A program made the translations under genes and the position numbers. A DNA stretch of 61,315 nt, counting the filler. It is 6 parts of 6 records of this genome, joined end to end, with 100 filler letters (N's around TTAATTAATTAA, not from the genome) between each part and the next. Parts side by side here need not be neighbours in the genome. Positions count along the whole stretch, not along the records: positions 37,426 to 45,347 come from SRR31156797_26561; positions 45,448 to 53,381 come from SRR31156797_26590; 4 more parts are not named here. The stretch is one strand, 5' to 3'. The stretch's first letter is position 1; every line of letters starts with the position of its first letter. This document shows, in pieces, positions 38,449 to 48,530 of the stretch. A model generated the notes under the pieces. That model was given only the letters and a program-made list of their open reading frames with translations. It was not told where the DNA came from and did no database searches.

Positions 38449-40029
38449 CTATAATTTTGGAATTGTAAAATGAAATGTAGAACCTTCCCCAAGCTCTGAT
38501 TCCACCCAAATTCGCCCTCCGTGATGCTCAACTATATTTTTACATATTGGAAGACCAAGCCCTGTTCCTCCACTACTTCTTTTTAATACATCTTCTGTCT
38601 GTTTAAATTTCTCAAATACAGCTTCAATATCTTTTTCAGCAATACCTAAACCGCTGTCTTTTATACTGATCTGCATTAGTTTATGTTTCTTTTGTTCTGT
38701 CTTAATCATAATTTTACTATCCTCTTCTGAGAATTTAACTGCATTATTAATTAGATTTAAAAGAACCTGTAAAATTCTATCTTTATCAAATTGACTACTT
38801 GATATTTTTTCATCAAGTCCAAGAACTAATTCAATATTCTTTTGCTTAGCAAAACTTTCCATATTTTTCGAAGCACGTTCAACAACCTGGTTCATATCAT
38901 AATCGCCAAATCTAAACTCCATTTTCCCTGCTTCTATTTTTGATAAATCCAATATATCATTGATTAGAGTGTTTAGTCTATCTGATTCTTCATTTATTAT
39001 TGAAAGAAACTCTCTCTCCATACTATCTTCTTCCATCATATCTATCATTGTTTCCGCATAAGCTTTGATAGAAGTAAGTGGTGTTCTTAACTCATGTGAT
39101 ACCATTGATAAAAACTCATCTTTAAGTTTATCTACTCTTTTTAATTCTTTTAACTCTTTACTTTCACGTAAATCCCTCATTACAATGAGTTTTCCCATAT
39201 CGGTTATTGTTTTTACACTTAGCTCAAAAGGAATCTCTTCATCTTCAGAAATTCTGTAATCTATCTCCTTACTCACAACAGATCTTTCATCAGTACTGCC
39301 CAGAAGTATACTCAAGTCTCTGATAAATTTTGATTCAAGAGGAGTTTCGTTAAGGGTTCTTCCAACTATATACTCTGATTCTAATTTCAATAATTCTTCT
39401 ATTTTTTTATTAAATACCCTAACAATGCCATCTTCATCAACGACAAATATTCCATCTGTCATATTTTGAACAACATTGTCCATATAATTCTTTAATGCCC
39501 TAAGTTTTAGGTTTCTTCTTTCAAGATCTTGATAAAGAACCATATTCTCAAAAGCTACTGAAATTCTACTCGATACTATCTCAAGTACTTTCATCTTATT
39601 TTTAGTGAAATAAGCTTCAGTGTACATTGTATTTAGTAAAATTGCTCCCAGCATCTTCTCCTGAATAACAATCGGAACTATAACATGAGTAAGTATCTCA
39701 CTATTCTCATTCTCCTCTTTTAAAACAAAAGGTCTTCCAAGTTTCCCTGCCCAAAGAACCAAACCATCTTTAATTAATTTAGACAAACTTTTTTTCTGTT
39801 CTCTGTCATAACCTTTCATTTTACTCATTACGTATAAATCTTTTTCATTATTATAGCTTATAAAAACTGTTGATCTATAGTCAACAACTCTCCTAAGTTC
39901 ACGCATATACAGTTCTACTAATTCCTCTTGATTCAAATCCATATTTAAATCATTTTGAATTTCTAAGAAAAGCGATATGGTCTCCTCGTATGTTCTTTTT
40001 AAACTATTTAACTCAAGTTCCTTATCCAT
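38449..40029 (-). CDS. Cytoplasmic GAF-PAS sensor histidine kinase
   Basis: GAF-like IVPIV..LGAI, PAS DGIFVVD..FN, H-box SHELRTPLT, N-box NLINNAVKF, DSGLGI and GTGLGL. No transmembrane segment. Confidence 0.92.
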   Translation of the reverse strand: MDKELELNSLKRTYEETISLFLEIQNDLNMDLNQEELVELYMRELRRVVDYRSTVFISYNNEKDLYVMSKMKGYDREQKKSLSKLIKDGLVLWAGKLGRPFVLKEENENSEILTHVIVPIVIQEKMLGAILLNTMYTEAYFTKNKMKVLEIVSSRISVAFENMVLYQDLERRNLKLRALKNYMDNVVQNMTDGIFVVDEDGIVRVFNKKIEELLKLESEYIVGRTLNETPLESKFIRDLSILLGSTDERSVVSKEIDYRISEDEEIPFELSVKTITDMGKLIVMRDLRESKELKELKRVDKLKDEFLSMVSHELRTPLTSIKAYAETMIDMMEEDSMEREFLSIINEESDRLNTLINDILDLSKIEAGKMEFRFGDYDMNQVVERASKNMESFAKQKNIELVLGLDEKISSSQFDKDRILQVLLNLINNAVKFSEEDSKIMIKTEQKKHKLMQISIKDSGLGIAEKDIEAVFEKFKQTEDVLKRSSGGTGLGLPICKNIVEHHGGRIWVESELGEGSTFHFTIPKL

Positions 40030-40523
40030 AATAGATTAACTCCTACCAAGATTATATTTGCAACTATTCCGGCTAAGAAATCATCAGCCATTACCCCAAC
40101 ACCATCTCTAAGTTTTTGAATCTTATCAATTGGACCTGGTTTCAATATGTCAAAAATTCTAAATAAAATAAATCCTAGTATAATATTTATGATAAATTGA
40201 AGTGTATTTTGCGGATTAATTAAAAACATTGTTGTCATATAACCCATAACTTCATCAATAACTACGTTTTGTGGATCCTTTTTTCCATAAATAACTCTTT
40301 CCGCTATGTCACAAATATAACTTCCAAAGAAAAATAGTACTATTAACAGGAAAAAATATATTCCATTAAAAAGCATCTCATTTTTAATTATTCCAAATGC
40401 TTTAAACATATAAACTAAAATATAAAGTGGAATTGCTCCCAAAGTTCCTATTGTTCCCGGAGCTTTTTTCGCATTCCCCGTATAAAACCATGTTGCTAAT
40501 AACTCTGCTGTTTTTTTATTCAT
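40008..40523 (-). CDS. pgpA: Phosphatidylglycerophosphatase A
   Basis: APGTIGT, DPQNVVIDEV.G, FRIFDILKP and GVMADD. Confidence 0.93.
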   Translation of the reverse strand: MNKKTAELLATWFYTGNAKKAPGTIGTLGAIPLYILVYMFKAFGIIKNEMLFNGIYFFLLIVLFFFGSYICDIAERVIYGKKDPQNVVIDEVMGYMTTMFLINPQNTLQFIINIILGFILFRIFDILKPGPIDKIQKLRDGVGVMADDFLAGIVANIILVGVNLLWIRNLS

Positions 40524-40527
40524 CTGT

Positions 40528-42702
40528 TTAGTAAACCCCCTTCTCGTAATTAAAAGGCGTATATCCTATTTTGCTTTTATTTTTTAACGAGTTTATCATT
40601 TCTTCTACTTCTTTTGCTGATTCATTTAGAAAATCCAGTCTGACTTCATCAATATTTAAAGTTTTAATCTCTTCAAATTTTGGAATTAGATTTAACGGTT
40701 CTTTATTATAAATTTCTATATTTCCAAGTTCATTTTTTCGAATAATAAATTCATCCTCATTTTCATTTTTTATTACTCCGTTTTTATCAAATACAGAATA
40801 TTCAATATACATAGCTTTTAGATTTCCATAAATAACAATAGCTTTTCTCAGTTTTTCCGACTTAATCTCTTTTATCACATCTCCAGATAACTCAGGAGAG
40901 AGATAAACTGTTTCTAAATTACTTATTTCAGAAAGTTGAGATAATGCATATGAATTTGTTATATTTTGATTCCAATCCAAACTTACTTTATTATTTTTAT
41001 TTTCTAACAATTGACTAAGATTTCCTGCTAATTTGCTATTAAAATTTGTTTTATCTATATTTTTTTCAATACATATATCATATTGCCTAAAATAAATTTT
41101 CTTTATTCCACATTTTTTGGCAGCTTCAGCTTGTTCAGTATTTGTAACTAATACTGCTATCTCTATTTCACTGTGCTGTTTCTCTTTAAACTCAGTATCT
41201 GATTTTTGGACTGCTACTCTTCTAAACGAGTTTATTAAATTTTGCTCAAATTCTGAAGCAACTTTTCTTTTTATCTCTTTTAGCATTTTGAAACTTGCAA
41301 ACGCTTTGCCATCATAAGATATTTTCAAATTATTTAAATAAAAAGTTGTATCTCCAAGTTCAGATATTTTTTCAAATATTTTTTCTTCGCTAAGCGAAGC
41401 TTTTTTTGCTTCTTCAAGAACTTCACCATTTACACTTGTTTTGATTCCAAATGCTTCAAAGCTTAATTCAAGAGTTTTGCCTGTTTGAATTATTATTTCA
41501 CCGTTTACAGGCATTCTTCTTTTATCCTGTTTTAATCTCAGATTTATCTCATCAATAAGCTTTTTATCATAACTTCTAAATATGTAACATGCTTCTCTTG
41601 GAATATTGTTAAAAATAATAGTTTGCCCTTTAAAGGCTTCTTTTATTTTATCTCTGCTTCTACTATTTTTTATTTTTATTCTGTTTATATATGTTCCGGA
41701 TATTTTATTGAATTGTTTATCCAGAAAAATTATTCCGTCTCCAAGTATAATATCATCTAATAATTCAAACTCATTTTCTGATTTTTTCTCAGCTATTTTA
41801 TAACCTAAATCAGATGAAAACTTAGGATTCATTAAATCATGTTCACCATAAAAATATCCTTTAGAGTACCCTCTATTAAATATCTTCTCTGTTCCAGAGT
41901 TTTCTATCTCTTTGTTTTTTAAAATATCAGAATATAATTTAACAGTTTCATAAACATACTCTTCACTTTTCATTCTACCTTCAACTTTAATAGATTCTAC
42001 TCCAATAGAAAGTAATTTCTCTATCTCTTTATTCTTTAATAACTGATCTTTTGGACTTAGAGAAAACTCTGTTTTTCCAGTCTTGTTCTCATATAACTTT
42101 CTACACGGCTGAGCACAAAGGCCCCTGTTCCCGCTTCGCCCGCCTATGAAACTACTCAAATAACAGTTACCTGAATATGAAATACATATAGCTCCTGATA
42201 CAAATATTTCTAACTCTATCTCTGATTTTTCTTTGATACTTTTTATCTCTTCAAAAGAGAGTTCTCTTGCAGGTACAACTCTTTTAAAACCTAATGATTT
42301 CAAATAGTTTGCCTCAATATGATTTGCAACAGTCATCTGGGTACTTGCATGAATTTCAACTTCAGGGAAATAAAGTTTTAAATATTTAAAAACACCTAAA
42401 TCCTGTACTATAAATGCATCTACTCCATGTTCATATATCTCTTTAAGTTTAGGATACAGAATCTCAAGCTCAGAATCTTTCATAATAGTATTCAGAGTTA
42501 AATAAACTCTTACACCTCGTAAATGTGCATAATCTATTGCTTCTTTTAATTCTGATAATAAAAAGTTTCCTGCTTTTCTTCTTGCTCCGAAACCCTTTAA
42601 ACCTAAATAAACTGCATCTGCTCCAGCTGTAATTGCAGCTTTCATTTTAGTAAAATCTCCTGCAGGTGCAACTATCTCCATTTTTTTATTACTTTCTTTC
42701 AT
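40528..42702 (-). CDS. Peptidase U32 family, long form (RlhA-like RNA hydroxylation protein)
   Basis: EIVAPAG, GADAVY, HASTQ, CISYSGNC, NRGLCAQPCR and KVEGRMK, with a long C-terminal extension. Confidence 0.88.
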   Translation of the reverse strand: MKESNKKMEIVAPAGDFTKMKAAITAGADAVYLGLKGFGARRKAGNFLLSELKEAIDYAHLRGVRVYLTLNTIMKDSELEILYPKLKEIYEHGVDAFIVQDLGVFKYLKLYFPEVEIHASTQMTVANHIEANYLKSLGFKRVVPARELSFEEIKSIKEKSEIELEIFVSGAICISYSGNCYLSSFIGGRSGNRGLCAQPCRKLYENKTGKTEFSLSPKDQLLKNKEIEKLLSIGVESIKVEGRMKSEEYVYETVKLYSDILKNKEIENSGTEKIFNRGYSKGYFYGEHDLMNPKFSSDLGYKIAEKKSENEFELLDDIILGDGIIFLDKQFNKISGTYINRIKIKNSRSRDKIKEAFKGQTIIFNNIPREACYIFRSYDKKLIDEINLRLKQDKRRMPVNGEIIIQTGKTLELSFEAFGIKTSVNGEVLEEAKKASLSEEKIFEKISELGDTTFYLNNLKISYDGKAFASFKMLKEIKRKVASEFEQNLINSFRRVAVQKSDTEFKEKQHSEIEIAVLVTNTEQAEAAKKCGIKKIYFRQYDICIEKNIDKTNFNSKLAGNLSQLLENKNNKVSLDWNQNITNSYALSQLSEISNLETVYLSPELSGDVIKEIKSEKLRKAIVIYGNLKAMYIEYSVFDKNGVIKNENEDEFIIRKNELGNIEIYNKEPLNLIPKFEEIKTLNIDEVRLDFLNESAKEVEEMINSLKNKSKIGYTPFNYEKGVY

Positions 42703-42732
42703 TACTCACTCTACTCTCTTTAATTAAACACT

Positions 42733-43815
42733 CTATAAATATTTTGAGCAAAGTTCATTTGCTTCTTCAATTTTTTTCTCTATTAATTCAAAATCAAACT
42801 CATATGGCAGATTCCACATTGTATCCCCACTATACATTGATTTGTTTATTACTCTCTTCATTTCTTCTTTTGTCGGTGCAAGCCCTAATCCGTTTAAACC
42901 AATTGGTGCTCCGATTTCACTATAAAATTGAAGTACTTTTTCTGCTAATTCATTTTCCGAATCAAGTAATAACTGAACTATATTACCAAAACCTACAACT
43001 TCTCCATGTAACATCTGTTTATAGTGAGGCAGTACAGTAAATCCATTATTTATAGCATGTGCTGCAACAGCTCTACACGCTTCTCCACCTATCCCGCCTA
43101 CAAGCCCGGCAGTTAAAATAACATGTTCGATCATTCTATCTACTTCTTCCGTATACTCTCCTGCTTTTATATTACTAATTGCTTTTTTTCCTTGTTCAAT
43201 TACTTCATCAAAGCATTTTTTAGCAAGATGTCTCGCTATCTCCAGTTCAACATTGTAAGTTTCTCTTCCTTTTGTGAATGCATTTGTTTCAATCCATTTA
43301 GCAAGTGTATCAACCATTCCGGAAATTAAATATCGTTTTGGTGCTTCACTAATAATTTTTTTATCCATAAACAACAGATCAGCATTTTTATGAATATCAA
43401 AATATTCATAAGCGATTCCCTCTTTTGTATAAACCGCTGAATGGCTTGCCCAAGATGCACATGTTGCTGCTATTGTCGGTACTGTTATGATCTTTACCCC
43501 AGCTTTATAACCGGAACCTTTAGTAGTGTCCATAACTTTTCCACCACCAAAACCAACTATAGCATCAGCTTGCTGTTCTTTAATAATTTGTGTTATTCTG
43601 TCCATCTCTTCATGACAACATTCTCCGTTAAAGTATACTTTATGAATTTCAACATTTTCTTGAAGAGAGTTTATTCCATCTGTGACTATATCTTCTATTT
43701 TCTCATCTAATAGTACTATAACTGAACTGGATATTTTCTTCACTTCTTTTCCAAGTTCATTAATATTTTCGTAGCCTGAAATATATCTTCCAGGTGATAT
43801 TAATAAGTTAAGCAT
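42733..43815 (-). CDS. Glycerol dehydrogenase-like, iron/zinc-containing alcohol dehydrogenase family
   Basis: SPGRY, GFGGGKVMD, PTIAATCA, DTLAKW.E, AAHAI.NG and HGEVVGFG. Start ATG 43815 follows GAGG. Confidence 0.88.
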   Translation of the reverse strand: MLNLLISPGRYISGYENINELGKEVKKISSSVIVLLDEKIEDIVTDGINSLQENVEIHKVYFNGECCHEEMDRITQIIKEQQADAIVGFGGGKVMDTTKGSGYKAGVKIITVPTIAATCASWASHSAVYTKEGIAYEYFDIHKNADLLFMDKKIISEAPKRYLISGMVDTLAKWIETNAFTKGRETYNVELEIARHLAKKCFDEVIEQGKKAISNIKAGEYTEEVDRMIEHVILTAGLVGGIGGEACRAVAAHAINNGFTVLPHYKQMLHGEVVGFGNIVQLLLDSENELAEKVLQFYSEIGAPIGLNGLGLAPTKEEMKRVINKSMYSGDTMWNLPYEFDFELIEKKIEEANELCSKYL

Positions 43816-44115
43816 AACCTCATTCCTTTTCACGTTTTTACCATATTATATCACATGAATCCCCGAATTTCCAAATTCTTGTTAAGTTAAATTTAAATTT
43901 TTTACTTAGATTTACGCTTAATTGTTAAGTATAATTTATCAACTGAAAGTCTGGTATTTGTCATAAGGCATTAATTCAATATTTTTCTAATTAAAAAGAG
44001 CTACATATTTGAATTTTAAACAAAAAATATGTTATACTGATATCAATGAGAATGCTAAAAAATACTAGGAATTGAAATAAATTATAAGAGAATTATTATA
44101 GAGAAGGAGTAAATT

Positions 44116-44775
44116 ATGAAATATCTATTTTGCTTAATTTTACCGTTCATACTACTTTCTTGTACCACTGTTGATAATCAAAGTAGCTTTGATTATGGAA
44201 CTGACAGAGGCTATCAGGATTTGAGAGTTGTTTTTGATGACGGAACTGATTATTATATAAAAGATGAAAAAACAGATTCAAATACTGTTAAAATAAATTT
44301 ATTTGGAAAAAAAGATAAGGCAAAACCTGTAACTCCAACTACAACTTCTACAGCAACAGCAGTCAAAACAAATACAGAAGATGATAGTTTAAAATACGCT
44401 TCCGCTCCAGGTGATGCTAATTTACTTTATCCTGTAACAGATGTTTCTATCAAAAGTAAATATAACCAAAGCTCTTTCAAAGGTCTTGAGTTCAAAGTTC
44501 CTAATAAAACAGAGATAAAGTCATCTGCACCGGGAATGGTTATATTTTCAGGAAATAAAGCTTCACTTGGAAATACTATTTTTGTATATCATAATAATGG
44601 TTATATAACTATTTATTCTAATCTTGAAAGTTTAAAATATAAAAAAGGAGATTTTATTAAATCTTCTGACAACATACTTGGTTTAGCTTCTAAGAGCTTT
44701 AAATTTGAACTTCGACAAAGAACAAACAAAGGTGTCATTGCAGTTGATCCAACTCCGTATTTGAAAAAAAGATAG
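44116..44775 (+). CDS. Lipoprotein with degenerate M23/LytM domain
   Basis: Lipobox LLSC. The LytM scaffold (G.VIFSG, GNTIFVYH, FELR, VDP) lacks the zinc ligands. Confidence 0.78.
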   Translation: MKYLFCLILPFILLSCTTVDNQSSFDYGTDRGYQDLRVVFDDGTDYYIKDEKTDSNTVKINLFGKKDKAKPVTPTTTSTATAVKTNTEDDSLKYASAPGDANLLYPVTDVSIKSKYNQSSFKGLEFKVPNKTEIKSSAPGMVIFSGNKASLGNTIFVYHNNGYITIYSNLESLKYKKGDFIKSSDNILGLASKSFKFELRQRTNKGVIAVDPTPYLKKR

Positions 44776-44786
44776 TATAAACTAAA

Positions 44787-44830
44787 AATAAAACAGGCTA
44801 TATCCAATATTGGACATAGCCTGTTTTATT
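44787..44830. terminator. Bidirectional terminator between convergent lipoprotein genes
   Basis: AATAAAACAGGCTAT-A-TCCA / ATAT loop / TGGA-C-ATAGCCTGTTTTATT. Confidence 0.85.
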
Positions 44831-44840
44831 TATTTAATTT

Positions 44841-45164
44841 TTAAAATATTCCGAATCTCTTATTTTCATCATTAATTTTTATAGATTTTCTATAACTTTC
44901 ACCTTTTTTTGACCAATATAAAATATGAGTACCTACAGGAACTCTCAGATAATTATTTCCTCTTCTTAGGTTATAATTCCCTAATCTCGGAGTATCAACA
45001 TTATCAGCAACAAATATACTAACTCTTATCTCTGTACTCATCATATCCACACGATTTTTGATAACCGGATGCCTCGAAGTACTTGCATATTGTGCTCCTG
45101 TAGAGCAGCCGCCAAGTACAACTATCATTGTTAATGCTATCAATAAAATTTTAATTAGTTTCAA
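44841..45164 (-). CDS. Small basic lipoprotein, hypothetical
   Basis: TTG start after GAGGTG, lipobox LGGC. A TTGCAA-17-TATACT promoter lies upstream. Confidence 0.75.
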   Translation of the reverse strand: MKLIKILLIALTMIVVLGGCSTGAQYASTSRHPVIKNRVDMMSTEIRVSIFVADNVDTPRLGNYNLRRGNNYLRVPVGTHILYWSKKGESYRKSIKINDENKRFGIF

Positions 45165-45347
45165 TTTTTACACCTCTTCCAAATATTTTCCACAATTATA
45201 GTATATATTTATCTAACTTTTTTTGCAAGTCAAAGTGATTTTATATTAAAGCTATAACTCTCTCTATACATTATCGGTCATTTTGCTCATGAAATAAAGG
45301 TAGAAAAAATAATTTTTCCAACTATATAAATTTTAATTAGTTTCTTA

Positions 45348-45447
45348 NNNNNNNNNNNNNNNNNNNNNNNNNNNNNNNNNNNNNNNNNNNNTTAATTAAT
45401 TAANNNNNNNNNNNNNNNNNNNNNNNNNNNNNNNNNNNNNNNNNNNN
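45348..45447. other. Artificial contig linker
   Basis: Same 100-nt spacer. Confidence 0.98.
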
Positions 45448-45756
45448 ATAGCTATTGCGATTTTAGCAATCATAACTGCCATACTTGTCCTGATTGTATT
45501 GGGTCTTGTTGCCCTTATATGCTATTTCGTTTTCTCTTTATTGGTTTCCGATACTATTGTCTGGATCCTTTTGATACCAATACTCTTTGTTGAATTCCTG
45601 CTATTCATTTTTGTAATGGCACTCGTAGCAATGCCAGGAAGGGTTTTTATGAAGTATCATATGCTTACTTTCCTGCAAATGTGGTATCCTGCTGATCTTC
45701 CTTTCTTTGACCGGAATACCGAATCCTTTGTACCAGAGCAAATGCAGATTGAATAA
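45448..45756 (+). CDS. Membrane protein, C-terminal fragment (5' truncated)
   Basis: Frame is open from the contig start, with hydrophobic helices then PGRVFMKYH.L.FL. Confidence 0.65.
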   Translation: MAIAILAIITAILVLIVLGLVALICYFVFSLLVSDTIVWILLIPILFVEFLLFIFVMALVAMPGRVFMKYHMLTFLQMWYPADLPFFDRNTESFVPEQMQIE

Positions 45757-45957
45757 CTCACAGATACGGCAAATGAGAATTTGCCTCTTTTCTATTTATT
45801 GGGACCGGATATTTTCGCTCTGTAGAAATCCTCAGTTAAATGTCTAATTTGATCGTACATGCAAATCATTATTGCGGACTGTCAATTTTATGGAAAAATC
45901 AAGGTTTTTAACTACTGTTATGCAGAAAAAGAGCAAAAGCAACAAATTATTTAATTG

Positions 45958-46148
45958 ATCTTTTCGGATCGTGCAGGCTTCGCCGGATCCTCCGGGATGG
46001 TTTAAATTTTCATGAATTAAGATTAAGTTAACCCTCTTGTTCCCTGTACCCTTGTGTCTCTGATGGGCTGCAAAAATTATTCGCAGACGAAGAACAATTA
46101 ACCACCTACCACAGGCGGCACGTTTCTTCACTACGATCCTGAAAAGAT
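45958..46148. repeat. About 190-bp element bounded by imperfect terminal inverted repeats
   Basis: ATCTTTTCGGATCGT (45958-45972) pairs with ACGATCCTGAAAAGAT (46133-46148) with one extra base. Confidence 0.45.
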
Positions 46149-46250
46149 TTAAATCGTACAGTTATTGAAAATTGCTGAGATCAAAGACTCATATTTATAG
46201 TCTCAGGTCTTGTACCCACTATTATTGCAATTTTCATTGGATAGCTTCAA

Positions 46251-47468
46251 TTATGTGCTACTGTAACACTTGTGCAGTTCCTTTTCCATGCGGTCCCAGG
46301 TATAGTCCTGAAGATATCTGTTCCTGGCTTTTACTTTCATTTCGGATGCCAGATTGGGATTGTTGTAGCACCATTCAATCTTTGCAGCCAAGTCCTCAGC
46401 ATCCGCTGGCTCAAAAAAGATAATTTCTTCTTTTGAGAAGGTAGAATTTATTCCTTTCAGATTAGAAGCACAGACAGGTTTTTCGTGTACTGTGTATTCA
46501 AAGAGTTTATTTGGGACTCCTCTTTCGTTTACCTTTGTTCTCAAAAAAGGTATAACACCTACGTCTGAGATTGAAATGTATCTTGATAGGTCGGTTTGAT
46601 CTACCCAGCCAGTAAATTTAACATGCGATGAAATTCCCTTTTTCTCAGCAATTTCCTTTAATTGATCTAAATATGGTCCATCGCCAACGATCAAAAACAA
46701 AACTGGTATTTTATTTTGTAATAGGTCTACGGCTTCAACTACGGTTTGTATTCCTCTTCTTTCCCACACTGTTCCTTCAAATAAGACTACAAATTTATCG
46801 CCTAAGTCAAAGTCCTTTTTTTCTGCATGATTCAAACCATTCTGGTTTAAGTTAGGAACGTTCATTACAACATAGATTTTATTTTCATCTATTTTATTTC
46901 TGGAAAGTACTATTTCTTTATCATATGGATTGGTACATATGACAGCATCAGAAAAAAGAATAGATACTTTTTCGATGCCTTTGGCCAATCCTAGACATAC
47001 CTTACCTGTTGTTCCTTTTAGATTGCTTCCAACAGATTCAGGCAGCATATCATGGAGGTCAAGAATAATCTTTGATCTATAAAATAACTTGAAAGGTAAT
47101 GCAGCTATAATTAGAAAATCCGGAGGTGTATGGACATGATAATAACTATATTTTTTATCTTTGTTGAGTTTTAAAATTAAAAAAAACGATCTTATACAAA
47201 AAAGCAGATAGTTTCCAAGTAATTGCAAATAGCAGTCCCATTCTCCAAATTTATCTTCGGTTCTATAAACATTTATATCTTCTATTACATCATGTGATGA
47301 TTCACCACTTTCTTTAGGGCAAATAAAATCAACTGAGTAATCAGCATCGTGAACAGAACGAGCTATTTTTATTCTATTCATGAACTTAGGGAGTGGCCGG
47401 TAAGCTATCATGCACACATTTTTTTTGCTTCTGTTTTTTGGCATAGTATCACACATTTCAATTTTCAC
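46251..47468 (-). CDS. Glycosyltransferase family 4
   Basis: HVHTPPD, DLHD..PE, IVGDGP, FTGWV and PNKLFEY. The start may be 47456 or 47444. Confidence 0.92.
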   Translation of the reverse strand: MKIEMCDTMPKNRSKKNVCMIAYRPLPKFMNRIKIARSVHDADYSVDFICPKESGESSHDVIEDINVYRTEDKFGEWDCYLQLLGNYLLFCIRSFFLILKLNKDKKYSYYHVHTPPDFLIIAALPFKLFYRSKIILDLHDMLPESVGSNLKGTTGKVCLGLAKGIEKVSILFSDAVICTNPYDKEIVLSRNKIDENKIYVVMNVPNLNQNGLNHAEKKDFDLGDKFVVLFEGTVWERRGIQTVVEAVDLLQNKIPVLFLIVGDGPYLDQLKEIAEKKGISSHVKFTGWVDQTDLSRYISISDVGVIPFLRTKVNERGVPNKLFEYTVHEKPVCASNLKGINSTFSKEEIIFFEPADAEDLAAKIEWCYNNPNLASEMKVKARNRYLQDYTWDRMEKELHKCYSST

Positions 47469-47804
47469 CTAAAGTTTACCCCATTATATTCCTGCTTATC
47501 GAACGACGTCGAAAAAATAAAAACTAAATCCCGGTGATACAGTTGTCATTCCCCAACTTCGAAAAGTGCACATGGACGCAGGTGTTATGTGTATTTTTGA
47601 ATTACCTAGATTCAATAATCTTTTAGCACATTAGTATTTGTATATAAAACTTTCTAATTTATCATATAATTTAGTTTAGGTTATCTGATTAGCTCCCAAA
47701 TAAATTTTCCTTCATAAATCAATTCTGTACTTGTGCAAGTAAAAGCAACTTATAGATACAAAATACAGTAGGAGGGTAGAGTTTTCTACCATCTACTTGA
47801 ATAA

Positions 47805-47820
47805 GCGATAAACTTATATA
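47805..47820 (+). promoter_or_regulatory. Archaeal BRE/TATA promoter for small ORF
   Basis: GCGATAAACTTATATA, followed by an AAGGTGA RBS before ATG 47871. Confidence 0.55.
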
Positions 47821-47870
47821 TTATTAAGTCAGATATGGACTGCCGATAAAGGCAAAAAGAAGGTGAAAAC

Positions 47871-48107
47871 ATGGATATAGCAACAAAACTGAGATATGGG
47901 TTAATCAACCTGAGCCATTTCAGAAGATGTATGATGAGTAGAATGAACTACCAGATATCATCATACGGAAAAAAAGGCGCAGATATCCCTGCTTTCAAAA
48001 TGAAGCCAGTAGATGTGTCCTCATTACAAAACATCGATTCCATCTTTATGAAAAAGAACTGCCATCTCTCCAATAAGATGCTGGCTTCTGGATCCTTTAG
48101 GGATTAA
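47871..48107 (+). CDS. Small hypothetical protein (78 aa)
   Basis: Has its own TATA box, an AGGTGA RBS and a downstream hairpin (48116-48138). Confidence 0.6.
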   Translation: MDIATKLRYGLINLSHFRRCMMSRMNYQISSYGKKGADIPAFKMKPVDVSSLQNIDSIFMKKNCHLSNKMLASGSFRD

Positions 48108-48193
48108 GATTCCACATGGGTGCTCGCTCAGCACCCATCTCCTCCATAGTTTCTATTTTTTCGTCAGGAATTCTATAAACTAGAATATATGAT

Positions 48194-48517
48194 TTATAGT
48201 TCATCGAACTCTATACTTACTCTTCCTGATTTTTTAGCCAGGTTCTTCGAGAGCATGCCAGTCTCCATCCTGCATACATGAAGGATCCCGGCAGGTACAA
48301 TGCATATAGGTGTGCACTGAATTTCCTGGGCCCTGTTGATGACAAAATTATCTTTTATATCCATAGTCTCCATCATTGGAATTTCCATATGTGATATTTT
48401 TTTGATTTTTTCGCAAGGTGTATCAATATCTATTATGATATCTTTTTTATTCAACTGACCAGTTATCCTGTGAGTAAATCCACAGATCGCAGAATTAACT
48501 GTTACAGTAGTTACCAT
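48194..48517 (-). CDS. Small Cys-motif protein (DUF6951-like), paralogue 2
   Basis: VNSAICGFTH, TPCEKI and CTPICIVPAG.L.VC, strongly similar to the adjacent gene. Confidence 0.78.
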   Translation of the reverse strand: MVTTVTVNSAICGFTHRITGQLNKKDIIIDIDTPCEKIKKISHMEIPMMETMDIKDNFVINRAQEIQCTPICIVPAGILHVCRMETGMLSKNLAKKSGRVSIEFDEL

Positions 48518-48530
48518 TTACAGCCCCTAT

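Noticed and set aside
45844-46131. 95-aa minus-strand ORF across the inverted-repeat element
   Set aside because: No RBS or recognisable motif. The region is better explained as non-coding.
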